Source: Nitrospirota bacterium | GTDB lineage: Bacteria; Nitrospirota; Thermodesulfovibrionia; Thermodesulfovibrionales; Dissulfurispiraceae | Direction of reading: 5' to 3' | NCBI GenBank assembly: GCA_963710375.1 | Contig: CAVPZX010000005.1 | Coordinates: 448,001 to 512,000 of the forward strand | DNA: 64,000 bases | In this document: positions 1 through 12,162 of the stretch, piece by piece | Position numbering within the stretch: the stretch's first letter is position 1 | Layout of the letters: every line of letters starts with the position of its first letter | Notes under the pieces: generated by a model | Databases searched by the model: none | Seen by the model: only the letters and a program-made list of their open reading frames with translations | Told to the model about the DNA's origin: nothing | Program-made: the position numbers and the translations under genes

Positions 1-533
1 ATGTTTTGCAGCGCCTTTATGGCAAGCGAGGGGTCGCGAATACCGGGCGGCATACAGCCTTCCAGATAACCGCCCAACAGTAGCACATAGGGCTCATTGA
101 ATGTTATCCAGTAGCGTACCCCCTTGAGAGATGCCACCACTGTGTCGAGAAATTTCAAGAATTTGTCTACCGAAGCGTCTTCATGCCAGGGATATTTTTT
201 GATGAACCACAGGGGGTGGGTAAAGTGGTTTAGCGTGACCATCGGTTCGATATTGTTCTGAATAAGTATATCGATGATTTCCTGATAGTGTGCCAGCGAT
301 GCAGTGTCCCAAGTATTTTCCCTGGGCTGGATCCTGCTCCACTCTATGGAAAAACGATAGGAGTTGACGCCGAGGTTTTTTAACAGGAGCAGGTCTTCTT
401 TGTAAAGCGTATAATGGTTGGTTACATTGGGCTTTTCACTGAGTATGGCGTCCCATGAGGTCCAGTCTGCATATGGAGAACCCTCGAGCTGAAATGCGGA
501 TGTAGCAACACCCCAAAGAAATCCTTTATTCAT
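1..533 (-). CDS. glycoside hydrolase family 1 (beta-glucosidase-like), runs off window start
   Basis: Hand translation from ATG at 533 gives MNKGFLWGVATSAFQLEG, YRFSIEWSRI, TLNHFTHP and WITFNEP, the GH1 signatures; absent from the ORF track because it is truncated. Confidence 0.9.
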   Translation of the reverse strand, partial: MNKGFLWGVATSAFQLEGSPYADWTSWDAILSEKPNVTNHYTLYKEDLLLLKNLGVNSYRFSIEWSRIQPRENTWDTASLAHYQEIIDILIQNNIEPMVTLNHFTHPLWFIKKYPWHEDASVDKFLKFLDTVVASLKGVRYWITFNEPYVLLLGGYLEGCMPPGIRDPSLAIKALQN

Positions 534-554
534 GAAATCTGTTTCAGTTCTTTT

Positions 555-2405
555 TTACCCCATCTTTCGTCTGTCGCGTTCTATCCAGGAACCGCTCTTC
601 ATTTTAGCGGCCTTTTTGACTTCTGTTGCGATAGAGGCGAGTTGTGCATATGATTCGAGCTTGTAGACCTCTGTGCTGACTATTCCTATCGAAAGGGAAA
701 GAAGACTGTATGTTTCCTCCTCACCTTTGCGGTTTTTGGAAATATATTCTCCATTATTGAAATCAGCAGTTCCATGGAGTTCCGGCAACTCTGCTTCAAA
801 ATGAGAAATAACCTTTTCGCAAACCGGGATCGAAATCTGCGATCGGGTAACGATAATAAAATCATCACCACCGATATGGCCGACAAAATTAAAACTTCCC
901 GTATCAAATAGTTTTACAGTTTCCTGCAGTACATGGGCAAGTTTTTTAATTACAATATCTCCTCTTTCAAATCCGTAATGGTCATTGAACGGTTTAAAAT
1001 TGTTGATATCAACATAACAGACATCGAAATGCATATTTTGCGATAATTTCTTCTCTATGTCCCTCTGGATAAATTCATTTCCCGGAAGTCCGGAGAGAGG
1101 GTTTGCACCTTTTGCAAGAATAAGACTCCTCTCTGTCATAGCATCAAGAAGAGCGCTGATAGCCACAGTGCCGAAATATTTGCCGTTTTTTGTAATGCAA
1201 ATATCATCATAAAGGAATTCCGACTTCCTGGCATTTATTCTGCGCGCCACTTCTTCGAGTGTAGTGTTAGACTCAACCACCATAAACTGGCGGTCCATCA
1301 GCTTCGACACGTTTTTGTAAGAATTAAGCGCAAAGCCGTAACCGCATCTTCCGAGTATCTGGTTCTCTAGAAACCAGTTCCTGTGGAGCATCCCAAGCAC
1401 CTGTCCGTCATCCACTGCCGGCAGTCCCCTGAGTATCGGGTCCTTTATGAAACGATTGAATGCGGTCATGACAGATGAATTAGGGTGTATGGGTTCTACG
1501 TAATTGGCTACTTCGCCTATTAAACTTTGTTCCTCTCTGCCCGATATATTATTTTTTTTCCTGTTTTGTAAAATAGGTATGCAGGCATGGTCACCGTTGA
1601 GCATCGGAGACGGCTTATGCAGCAAGTATCCCTGCAACAGTTCAATGCCCATATTGAGAATTGCCTCAAGTTCTTCCTGCTGCTCAATGCCCTCCGCAAT
1701 TACTTTTATCCCCATTCTATGACACGCAGTGGCTATTGAATCAACAAGATTGAACTTTACAATTGCCTTATCTATATTTGACACAAAATGCCGGTCAATC
1801 TTGACAAAATCAGGCTCGATAATAGAGAGCATCTTGAGGCCGCCGTGTCCTGCGCCGAAATCATCAATCGCGATCTTATACCCCCTTCCCCTATAATACT
1901 CAATGGATTCCTTGAAAAGGTTATAGTTATGGATGGCGCTTTCTTCGGTAATTTCAAGAATTATACGGTCTTTCGGTATGCCCGATCTCTCCAGCAGTTC
2001 ATCGGTTATACCTGCCCTGTGACCGGTGTCCATCATAGTGTCGGGGCATACATTTATAAATAAATGAACTTCTTTTGTGTTTAACCCCAAAGTTGCCGCC
2101 TGGTTAATGGCATTTTCCCTGCAGTGAACATCCAGTGTCGATATCGTATTGGTCAGAATTGCTTTCCGGAACAGTTCGCTGATATCCGCGAAAGGATGCT
2201 CTCCTTTAATCCTCGTTAATGCCTCATATCCGAAAACCTTTCCTTCAATAGAAGAAAAGATTGGCTGGAAATGAACAGTAAGGGCATTATGATCCAGCAA
2301 ATCTAAAATACTCTGCTTGCATGCCTTGTTGGTATCGTTGGCATCGTAAAAAATTTCCTCTTTACCACTCAATTGCCATTTTAATCGGATTGCCATAATC
2401 AACAT
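555..2405 (-). CDS. EAL-CBS-GGDEF c-di-GMP signalling protein
   Basis: EAL (YEALTR, DDFGAG), CBS-like middle region, C-terminal GGDDF. Confidence 0.9.
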   Translation of the reverse strand: MLIMAIRLKWQLSGKEEIFYDANDTNKACKQSILDLLDHNALTVHFQPIFSSIEGKVFGYEALTRIKGEHPFADISELFRKAILTNTISTLDVHCRENAINQAATLGLNTKEVHLFINVCPDTMMDTGHRAGITDELLERSGIPKDRIILEITEESAIHNYNLFKESIEYYRGRGYKIAIDDFGAGHGGLKMLSIIEPDFVKIDRHFVSNIDKAIVKFNLVDSIATACHRMGIKVIAEGIEQQEELEAILNMGIELLQGYLLHKPSPMLNGDHACIPILQNRKKNNISGREEQSLIGEVANYVEPIHPNSSVMTAFNRFIKDPILRGLPAVDDGQVLGMLHRNWFLENQILGRCGYGFALNSYKNVSKLMDRQFMVVESNTTLEEVARRINARKSEFLYDDICITKNGKYFGTVAISALLDAMTERSLILAKGANPLSGLPGNEFIQRDIEKKLSQNMHFDVCYVDINNFKPFNDHYGFERGDIVIKKLAHVLQETVKLFDTGSFNFVGHIGGDDFIIVTRSQISIPVCEKVISHFEAELPELHGTADFNNGEYISKNRKGEEETYSLLSLSIGIVSTEVYKLESYAQLASIATEVKKAAKMKSGSWIERDRRKMG

Positions 2406-2671
2406 CTCCCTTTTGCGTCCGGCATATAGACAATTCGCTGATGATTATTAACACTTTTTTTATCGCATGATGTGCTATGGAGTTGTAGTCTACAACAGCG
2501 AATGTTACAGGAATATTACAATATAATGAAGATATTGAGAATGACACGAGAAAAAACATCTGGAAATCATGGCAGTACATAGAGACATACAAGAATTGTT
2601 GAATGTTATTTTTTATCGATAAATCATGGACTTTTTTATTAATTCAATATTCAAATTCAACATCTGAAGCA

Positions 2672-4895
2672 TTACCTGTTGTTCTTGCGGAACATTTCGG
2701 AGAGCGCATTAAACCTCCTGTCAGAAACCATTTGTTCAATGTTTGCCGGAGTTTTCTGCATCCAGTTGGGATATGATCCAGTTATGCCGGGTATATTCTG
2801 TTGGTCGACCGTGCCGATGATATCATCAAGACTGACTGCCACCAGTTTGCAGGAGGTTCGTGCCAGGTATTCATAGATGGCAAGGCATAATTCCGGTGAC
2901 ATATCGGGCGCGAGTCTAAAATCATCCGGAACGATGCCCTGGGATTTAAGGGCGTCGAGCATAAGCATTCTGTCACGCTCCCTGTCTTTGAGGCTCCGAT
3001 GCATCATCTCACTATCATGGTACACGTTCAACTGCTTCTTTACCCTGATGTCCCTGCCGGACCAGTAACCGTACACTGTCGGCAAGTCGTGTGTAGTTAT
3101 TGAGCAGAGGGCCATGGGAGGGTACTGTTCAGGGTGTCTGAATGAAGGGTCAGGATAGTTTCTTTCAAAATAGAAAAGCCTGTAAGAAAGCATCCCGAAC
3201 CTAAGGAGAGTTTCACGAACGTTTTCTCCCAATGTGCCGAGGTCTTCTGCTATTACCATCGTCTTGTTCCGCACGCTTTCAAGCGCAATTATTCTGAGAA
3301 AATCCTCTTCGGGACAGGCCACATAGGCGCCCTTTTCAGCAGGCATGCCTCCTGGTATCCAGAAAAGCCTGAACAAACCGAGCGCATGGTCAATTCTCAA
3401 TGCGCCGTTATATTTCATGTTCTTTGCTATCAGTTGTATAAAAAAATCATAACCGGTCTCTTTGAGTTTTCCGGAAATTACAGGCGGGAAAGTCCAGTTT
3501 TGTCCGTTGGGGTTGAAATCGTCGGGCGGCGCTCCTACATCTACGTGATCAGCGGTAATGCCCTGATGGTTCCATGAATCGGAGCCGCCGCCTATTGAGC
3601 CGATAGCGAGGTCATGGTATATGCCCAACTGCATTCCAAGACTAAATGCCAGCTCCGCCGTCTCCCTGTGCTGCTCATCTACAAGCCACTGTACATACTT
3701 ATGGAAAAGCAGATCTTTTTCATGTAATGCCCTGAATTCCCGGACCGCATCGCTGAGTGGATTGAGAAACTCTTCCGGCCAGTCCTGCCATATATGGGTA
3801 TTATGCACACTGTTCATATGCTCCCATAAGGCCGAAAACAGGGCAAATGAATCAAGAGCCGCTCCCTCTTGTTCAATGTACTTTCTGAAATCACAGACTG
3901 CGGGGCGAGTTGTTTTCGTATTCGCCCTGATAGAAATAATCGAATGCATGTCTGAGTATGCTCTTTTTCAAAAAGGCGATCTTCTCATATTCGACCAGGT
4001 CTCCATCTATTGCGGCGCTCATCTCTTTTTTGAAGATATCCGAAATCATCGTCTCCTGTGCACGTTCGGAAGCGTTCACTTCATGAATGGCATCCATATC
4101 GAGATATATGAAATTTTTATAAAATCTGCTGATGGGTGAGTAGGGGCTGATAGCGAAAGGCATTTTATTAGGAATGGCATGCAACGGGTTTATACCCACA
4201 AAGTCGCCCTTAAGCTCAGCAGTGAACTTGATGATGGTCTTTAGGTCGGTAAAATCGCCGACACCCCAGTTCCTCGAAGAACGAAGTGAATAGAGATTAA
4301 TTGAGAGCCCCCAGGTCTTGCGGTTTTCAAGCTCCGGGGGGGTATAACAGGTATCCGGAGTGATAATGATTCGACAGGTCTTCTCCAGTACAGCGCCTCC
4401 ACCAGGGAAAATATTTTCGGGGTGCCTGCATATGACCGTTGCACGATAGTAACCGATATCTCTGAAACCCTTGTCAGTCAAATCAACTTTGACGTACCTG
4501 GCGCCGCCAATCCACTGCTGGTCTTTAACTGTCAGGCTGTTGCCGGTAAATGTTAACTCTTCCCGATGCCCGTGCTCATCTTCGAGATAACATGAAAGAG
4601 TCAGCCGGTGTTCTTCACCCTCATTTACTGGAACATGCGCAGCAATAGTAAAAGGCTGTGCATTGACTGACAGCACCTTCACAGGATCGATAAAACTGCT
4701 CCATGGTTTGCACTGCTCCCTTGCAATCGCCGACGCCAGGCTTTCGGTTGAGTCAACGTCTATCTTCATTGACTTGAGGATGGCCTTTTTCGTATCAATT
4801 GAAGCAATATGCCGGTTGCCGAAGATGTCCCAGTACTCGGGGACGATCCCGCAGAGGTGTGACAATTGCTCAATCAACTCGTCGTAATGGGACAT
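2672..4895 (-). CDS. malQ: 4-alpha-glucanotransferase (GH77), +1 frameshift near 3895
   Basis: Two overlapping ORFs give the N-half (GVGDFTDL, SPYSPISR) and C-half (DLAIG, RIDHALG, AEDLG, THDLPT). Confidence 0.9.
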
Positions 4896-5010
4896 GCGAA
4901 CCTTTCCGGAGCAACCCATTAAAATGGGTAAACAGCCTACAGAATTGTACAGTATAAGAAATTATTTGTCATCATTTGGCTCAGCATCTTGAATCATATG
5001 CTAAGCATAA

Positions 5011-6456
<1,446 letters not shown>

Positions 6457-6463
<7 letters not shown>

Positions 6464-6537
6464 GGTTGAGGTTGAGGTTGAGGTTGAGAAACAGCTAAAG
6501 GAGACTCTGTCTTAGTCTTAACCTCAACCTTAACCTC
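6457..6537. repeat. inverted hexamer array (GGTTGA)n...(TYAACC)n between convergent gltX and glnS
   Basis: Visible directly; contains the stop codons of both genes. Confidence 0.85.
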
Positions 6538-8221
6538 TTTGCTTTGCCTTCTGTATTTTTGCCCACTCATCCTTCAGGGTAACGGTCCGGTTAAAAACCA
6601 GCCTTTCAGGAGTCGAATCCTCGGAATCAACGCAGAAATAGCCCATTCTCTCAAACTGGTATCTGCTTCCCGGCGCTGCATTTTTCAGTCCCGGTTCCAC
6701 CCTGCACGACGAGAGAGTCTCCAGCGACTTAGGATTTAAGTAATCGGTAAATTCCTTGCCCTCTTCAACGTCGTTTGGGTTCTCCTTTGTGAAGAGACTA
6801 TCATAGAGACGCACCTCAGCCTCTAACGAGTGTGGAGCGGAAACCCAATGCAGCGTTGCCTTGACTTTACGTTTGTCCGGGGCATCGCCCCCGCGGGTAG
6901 CCGGGTCGTAGGTGCAATGAATTTCCGTTATCTCGCCATTCGCATCCTTTTTCACATCAACGCACTTCACAAAATAGGCATACCTCAACCGCACTTCACG
7001 GCCAGGCGCAAGACGGAAAAATTGTTTGGGCGGGTTTTCCATAAAGTCCTCCCTCTCGATGTAGAGTTCCCGTGAGAAAGGCACGTTACGCGAACCCGCA
7101 TTGGGGTCTTCGGGGTTATTGACCGCATCCAGGTATTCCACCTCTCCTGCGTTATAGTTATCGATGACCACTTTTAAAGGCCGTAACACCGCCATTACCC
7201 GGGGAGCACGCTTGTTCAGGTCTTCCCTCACACAGAATTCCAACAGCTCGATGGCAGCCATGCTCTCCCTTTTGCCGACGCCGATGCGCTCGCAGAAATT
7301 CCTTATGGATTCGGGTGTGTATCCGCGTCTGCGGATACCTGCAAGGGTCGGCATACGCGGGTCGTTCCATCCCTCAACAAAACCTCCGTTCACCAACTTC
7401 AGGAGCCTGCGTTTGCTAAGCACCGTGTAACTCAGGTTGAGACGGGCGAATTCAATCTGCTGAGGGTGGTAGATATGCAATTCATCTATGAACCAGTCGT
7501 AGAGTGGCCGATGGTCTTCGTATTCCATGGTGCAGATGGAGTGGGTCACTCCTTCGATAGAGTCGGAAATGCCATGGGCATAGTCGTACATGGGATAGAT
7601 GCACCATTTGTCACCTGTCCGGTGATGAGACTCTTTTTTTATCCGGTACATTACCGGGTCTCTCATGTTGATATTGCCGGAGGCCATATCGATCTTTGCC
7701 CTCAATACGCGCGCACCGTCTTCAAATTCACCTGCCTTCATACGCTCGAAAAGATCGAGGTTTTCATCTACAGAGCGATTACGGTAAGGGCTATCCTTAC
7801 CAGGGGCCGTCAGTGTGCCGCGATATTCCCGTATTTGCTCGGCGCTCAAGTCGCACACATATGCCTTGCCCTCTCTTATAAGCTGTACCGCATAATCATA
7901 GAGTTTATCGAAATAGTCGGATGCATAGTAGAGACGGTCACCCCAGTCGAACCCGAGCCAGCGGACATCCGCCTCTATTGACTCAACATACTCCACCTCT
8001 TCTTTGCTCGGGTTAGTATCGTCGAAACGAAAATTGCAAAGACCGCCAAACTCCAGTGCAAGACCGAAATTAAGGCAGATTGATTTGGCATGTCCTATGT
8101 GCAGGTATCCGTTAGGCTCGGGCGGAAAGCGCGTCATAAGCCGTCCGCCGAACTTGCCGGTCTTCATATCTTCAGCTGCAATGGCGCGAATGAAATTAGA
8201 TGCCGCTGCCGGTGTTTCCAT
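6530..8221 (-). CDS. glnS: glutaminyl-tRNA synthetase
   Basis: [30 protein letters not shown]. Confidence 0.96.
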   Translation of the reverse strand: METPAAASNFIRAIAAEDMKTGKFGGRLMTRFPPEPNGYLHIGHAKSICLNFGLALEFGGLCNFRFDDTNPSKEEVEYVESIEADVRWLGFDWGDRLYYASDYFDKLYDYAVQLIREGKAYVCDLSAEQIREYRGTLTAPGKDSPYRNRSVDENLDLFERMKAGEFEDGARVLRAKIDMASGNINMRDPVMYRIKKESHHRTGDKWCIYPMYDYAHGISDSIEGVTHSICTMEYEDHRPLYDWFIDELHIYHPQQIEFARLNLSYTVLSKRRLLKLVNGGFVEGWNDPRMPTLAGIRRRGYTPESIRNFCERIGVGKRESMAAIELLEFCVREDLNKRAPRVMAVLRPLKVVIDNYNAGEVEYLDAVNNPEDPNAGSRNVPFSRELYIEREDFMENPPKQFFRLAPGREVRLRYAYFVKCVDVKKDANGEITEIHCTYDPATRGGDAPDKRKVKATLHWVSAPHSLEAEVRLYDSLFTKENPNDVEEGKEFTDYLNPKSLETLSSCRVEPGLKNAAPGSRYQFERMGYFCVDSEDSTPERLVFNRTVTLKDEWAKIQKAKQRG

Positions 8222-8294
8222 AACTACCCTTACCTTAGTCTGTTTTATAATGGCTCAAGAGATTTTATTTTAACATATAATAAAAAACCGTTAT

Positions 8295-8489
8295 CTGCAA
8301 TTCGGACACTGGATAAGTTTCTGAAGCGAATCGCGGAGTCCTGGTAACAGTTCTCGGCGAGTAAGCGTATAGCAGGCGCGAAACTGAAGACCGAAGGGCT
8401 GAATTTTGCGCCTGTAGCGTGACGAGCCGTTAGAACTGTCAAGACGCAGCGTCTGAGCGTAAGAGACTTATCCAGTGTCTGAATTGCAG
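8295..8489. mobile_element. MITE-like / long imperfect palindrome (195 bp)
   Basis: Terminal inverted repeats CTGCAATTCRGACACTGGATAAGTYTCT match 26/28, with nested internal inverted segments. Confidence 0.7.
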
Positions 8490-8559
8490 CGCCGTTCTAT
8501 TCGGCGTTGTGCGTACCGCGTTACTCCTGCTATAATAAATCGATTAAGTTTTCTTCTTT

Positions 8560-8643
8560 GCCGAAGTGGCGGAACTGGCAGACGCGCTAGGTTCAGGGTC
8601 TAGTGGTCGCAAGGCCGTGCGGGTTCGAGTCCCGCCTTCGGCA
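8560..8643 (+). tRNA. tRNA-Leu(CAG)
   Basis: Cloverleaf, anticodon arm CTAGG-TTCAGGG-TCTAG, long variable arm, GTTCGAGT. Confidence 0.96.
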
Positions 8644-8707
8644 TTTTTATTAGGCTACTTCCTCAGCGGTCAAAATTTCGAACAAAGAAACCGGATGTTT
8701 CTCATTC

Positions 8708-9382
8708 TCAGCTCTTCCTGGTCTGATCGAGGGACCATTCCATGGGATCGAGCAGCGTGTATCCCATGTTCTCGAGTTTTCTTTTAACCTTGGCGACATT
8801 GAGGGTCAACAGGTATGGGAAGACAGCCCTTTTGCCTTTTTCCCAGTGTCTGGCTACAAGAATGCTGCCGAATGATATCCCCTCTTCAGTAATTGCATCC
8901 ACGATTTTCTTCATTTGCCCCAATTTATCTTCTACTACCAGACACACGAGAGTCCCGGGTTCTTCAATACCCAGCACATTGATAAATGCGCGGATCAGAT
9001 CGCGTGTCGAGATAATTCCAGTCAATTTCCCATCCTGGTCGACAACAGGCAATGCGCCTTTGTTACTCTTCTGCAGAAGCAGAAGTGCATCCTCAAGGGT
9101 GTCCATGGGAGAAATGGTGATCACCTTTTTATGCATGACATCCCGAACCTTAAGAGCCGACATTTGTTGTATTTCTTTCAAGTCTTCCCCACTCTTGGAA
9201 AAGACGGACGGCATCGCACTTCTTATATCACGGTCGCTGATAATCCCCACCACTTTATTATATTCATCAACCACCGGCAGATGCCTGACATTGTTCTCTT
9301 CCATCTTTCTCTTTGCTTCGAGGACGCCGTCATCAGGTCCAATTGTAATGACCCTTCGCGTCATAGACTTATTGATAAACAT
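8708..9382 (-). CDS. CBS-domain protein, AcuB-like
   Basis: Tandem CBS motifs plus an ACT-like C-terminus; downstream of a deacetylase. Confidence 0.8.
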   Translation of the reverse strand: MFINKSMTRRVITIGPDDGVLEAKRKMEENNVRHLPVVDEYNKVVGIISDRDIRSAMPSVFSKSGEDLKEIQQMSALKVRDVMHKKVITISPMDTLEDALLLLQKSNKGALPVVDQDGKLTGIISTRDLIRAFINVLGIEEPGTLVCLVVEDKLGQMKKIVDAITEEGISFGSILVARHWEKGKRAVFPYLLTLNVAKVKRKLENMGYTLLDPMEWSLDQTRKS

Positions 9383-9393
9383 GGTACCCCCTT

Positions 9394-10350
9394 TCAGGCT
9401 TTGCAGCCGAGAAGAATTTTAACATGATTTCTTGCCAGTTCAGGCAGGCGGTTCAGTGCGTATCCCCCTTCGAGAACAGAGATGATCCGTCCACCCGAAT
9501 ATTTGTCGGCCATCCCAACAATATTCTCCATAATCCATGAAAAGCACTCCGTCGAAAGCTTTATATCGGACATGTCATCGTCAACATGGGCATCGAAACC
9601 TGCGGACACAAGAATAAATTCAGGTTTAAACTCTTCGAAAGCCGGGAACAGGTCTTTTTCAAGCAATGTCTTATACTCCTCGTCTCCCCAGCCCGGCAAC
9701 GCCGGCGAGTTCAGGGTGAATCCGTAGCCCTCACCTGCTCCTCTCTCAAACTCCCTGCCTGTACCGGGATAGGCAAATGAAGGATGTTCATGAATAGAAT
9801 AATAATACACCGAAGGGTCATCCAAAAAAATGTTCTGTGTGCCGTTGCCGTGATGGACATCAAAATCCACTATGCCTATCCGCTGCAATTTCCATTTACG
9901 CCTCAGGTACCTGGCGGCAATGGCTATGTTGTTGAAATAGCAAAATCCCATGACCTTGCTCACTTCTGCATGATGTCCGGGCGGCCTGACAGCGCAGAAG
10001 GCATTGTCTATCTCTCCCTGCATCACAAGATCGACGGTATCGAGAATTCCCCCCACAGCCAGCATTGCGGTTTCAAAGGTCTCGCGGCACATCTTATTAT
10101 CGGGATGATCAAGCTCGTTCAACCCCCAATTACACGCTTCTTCAAAGCGTATTATGAGTTTCATGCTGTGCACAAGCTCAATCCACTCCTGGTCAGCCCG
10201 GCGGGCCTTTATGAGTCTCACTTTGGAGATAAGACCCGCCTCTTCAAGCCCCTTGTATATCGCCAGCAGTCGTGCGGAACACTCCGGATGTTCGGGTCCG
10301 GTGTCGTGGAGCAAAAACCTCTCGTCGTACAGAAATCCTGTTTTTCTCAT
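9394..10350 (-). CDS. histone-deacetylase-family (AcuC-like) amidohydrolase
   Basis: HPE, RPPGHHA, DFDVHHGNG, SAGFDAH, LEGGY. Confidence 0.92.
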   Translation of the reverse strand: MRKTGFLYDERFLLHDTGPEHPECSARLLAIYKGLEEAGLISKVRLIKARRADQEWIELVHSMKLIIRFEEACNWGLNELDHPDNKMCRETFETAMLAVGGILDTVDLVMQGEIDNAFCAVRPPGHHAEVSKVMGFCYFNNIAIAARYLRRKWKLQRIGIVDFDVHHGNGTQNIFLDDPSVYYYSIHEHPSFAYPGTGREFERGAGEGYGFTLNSPALPGWGDEEYKTLLEKDLFPAFEEFKPEFILVSAGFDAHVDDDMSDIKLSTECFSWIMENIVGMADKYSGGRIISVLEGGYALNRLPELARNHVKILLGCKA

Positions 10351-10506
10351 TGAGCCATCAAACACCTAAGTACTTTAAAACTTCTTTAACGGTTTTTTCT
10401 ACCCTGAACCTATTTTTTCCCCTTATTATAATGCGGGGCTGTTTTCTTGTTTTGAAGTCAACTGCTATATTAATAAAGTGCTTAAAAAGAGAGCGTAGGG
10501 AGAGTT

Positions 10507-11163
10507 ATGCATACAAGGGACAATAAGAACTTTAGATTCATTTCCGCTGATCGTGATATCCAGTCCCTCGATCTCATAGAACAGATGTTGGAGTCGGAGT
10601 TCCCGAGAATTTCGAGCGACCTTGGAAATCCTCAAGCCGACAACAAAATCACGGTCCAAATTTTTCCAGATCTGATTTCTTTTCATTCGGCAATCGGCAT
10701 TGATAATCCTCAGCCCTGGATGATCGGAGATGCCAGACCAGGCCTCATCAGGATAGTATCTCCGCTTAACCCTGGGCCTAGGCATTCAATGGAGAGTATT
10801 TTGCAATGTGCAATTCACGAAATGGCCCATGTTCTGACATTCTTTATTAATTTTGAAATACCTTCATGGCTGAGCGAGGGGATAGCAACATGGGAGGCCG
10901 GGCAGAAGGAACGGATGGACATCGTCTACAAACACCTGGACCAAAATAATATGCCGACATTCGACGACTTAAATGAGTTTCCCTGTTCCTATGATGTATA
11001 TCCATTCTCGTATAGTGTTATTGAGTTCTTAAAGGCGACATATGGGTTCTCCAAGATAATAGAACTCGTCGCCGATTTTTCTTCACCCGAAAAGACCCTT
11101 GGCAAAACTTTGTCTGAAATAAGAGAAGACTGGATTGAATATCTGAGGAAGCAAAAGGATTGA
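10507..11163 (+). CDS. peptidase MA-like zinc metalloprotease domain protein
   Basis: HEMAH followed by WLSEGIA. Confidence 0.7.
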   Translation: MHTRDNKNFRFISADRDIQSLDLIEQMLESEFPRISSDLGNPQADNKITVQIFPDLISFHSAIGIDNPQPWMIGDARPGLIRIVSPLNPGPRHSMESILQCAIHEMAHVLTFFINFEIPSWLSEGIATWEAGQKERMDIVYKHLDQNNMPTFDDLNEFPCSYDVYPFSYSVIEFLKATYGFSKIIELVADFSSPEKTLGKTLSEIREDWIEYLRKQKD

Positions 11164-11240
11164 GAGTTCTGACCCCGAAAGTCATCTGCCTGGTTATGGT
11201 AAAATATTTAATTATTGCAAATTGCGAACCGAGGTAAAAT

Positions 11241-12149
11241 ATGGGAGTTCTGGATTGCATCGGCAAAACGCCGCTCATAAAACTGGATGTCTTAAATCCG
11301 AATCCGGATGTCGAGATATTTGCAAAACTTGAGGGCAACAATCCTGCCGGCTCGATAAAAGACCGTCCCGCCTTCTATATGATTGAGGCGGCGGAGAAGT
11401 GTGGAGAGTTGACAAGAGATAAAATAATTCTCGAGGCAACCTCAGGCAATACCGGTATCGGGCTGGCTATGGTTGCAACTGCAAAAAAATACAGAGTTAA
11501 GCTTACCATGCCTGCCTGCGTAAGCTTGGAAAGAAGGAAGGTGCTGGAGGCTTTTGGAGCAGAGCTTATACTGAGCCCTGCTGAAGAGGGTACAGATGGG
11601 GCGATCCGGCTTGCTCATAAAATAATGTCCGAAACCCCTCACCTTTATTATATGCCGAACCAGTTTGATAACCCGGCCAACGCACTGGCACATTATGAGA
11701 CAACCGGCAAGGAGGTTATAGAGCAGACGGGTGGCAGAATTACACATTTTGTGGCCGGCATAGGGACCTCAGGCACTCTCATGGGAGCCGGAAGACGGCT
11801 CAAGGAATTCAATAGCGCCATTAAGGTCATCGGTGTCGAACCTGTTATGGGCCACAGAATACAGGGTCTCAAGAATATGTCTGAGTCAATTGTCCCCAAG
11901 ATTTTTGACCCGGCTCGTCTTGATGAGCGGTACATTGTCAATGATGAAGAGGCCTTCGATACAACAAGGATGCTTACGATTAAGGAAGGAATTTTTGCGG
12001 GTATGTCGAGCGGCGCTGCAATGTACATCGCCATCAAAAAGTCAAGCGAACTAAAGAGCGGGGTAATCGTAGTCCCGTTTCCAGACAGGGGCGATCGCTA
12101 TCTTTCAACGGCTCTTTTCACATCCGTTTGCGGAAAATGCCCTCCTTAG
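11241..12149 (+). CDS. cysM: cysteine synthase (CysM-like)
   Basis: [29 protein letters not shown]. Confidence 0.88.
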   Translation: MGVLDCIGKTPLIKLDVLNPNPDVEIFAKLEGNNPAGSIKDRPAFYMIEAAEKCGELTRDKIILEATSGNTGIGLAMVATAKKYRVKLTMPACVSLERRKVLEAFGAELILSPAEEGTDGAIRLAHKIMSETPHLYYMPNQFDNPANALAHYETTGKEVIEQTGGRITHFVAGIGTSGTLMGAGRRLKEFNSAIKVIGVEPVMGHRIQGLKNMSESIVPKIFDPARLDERYIVNDEEAFDTTRMLTIKEGIFAGMSSGAAMYIAIKKSSELKSGVIVVPFPDRGDRYLSTALFTSVCGKCPP

Positions 12150-12162
12150 GACTCGCGAGCCA

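Noticed and set aside
8742..9427. Long antisense ORFs (also 15444-16175, 51774-52685 and others)
   Set aside because: Shadow frames of well-supported genes on the opposite strand
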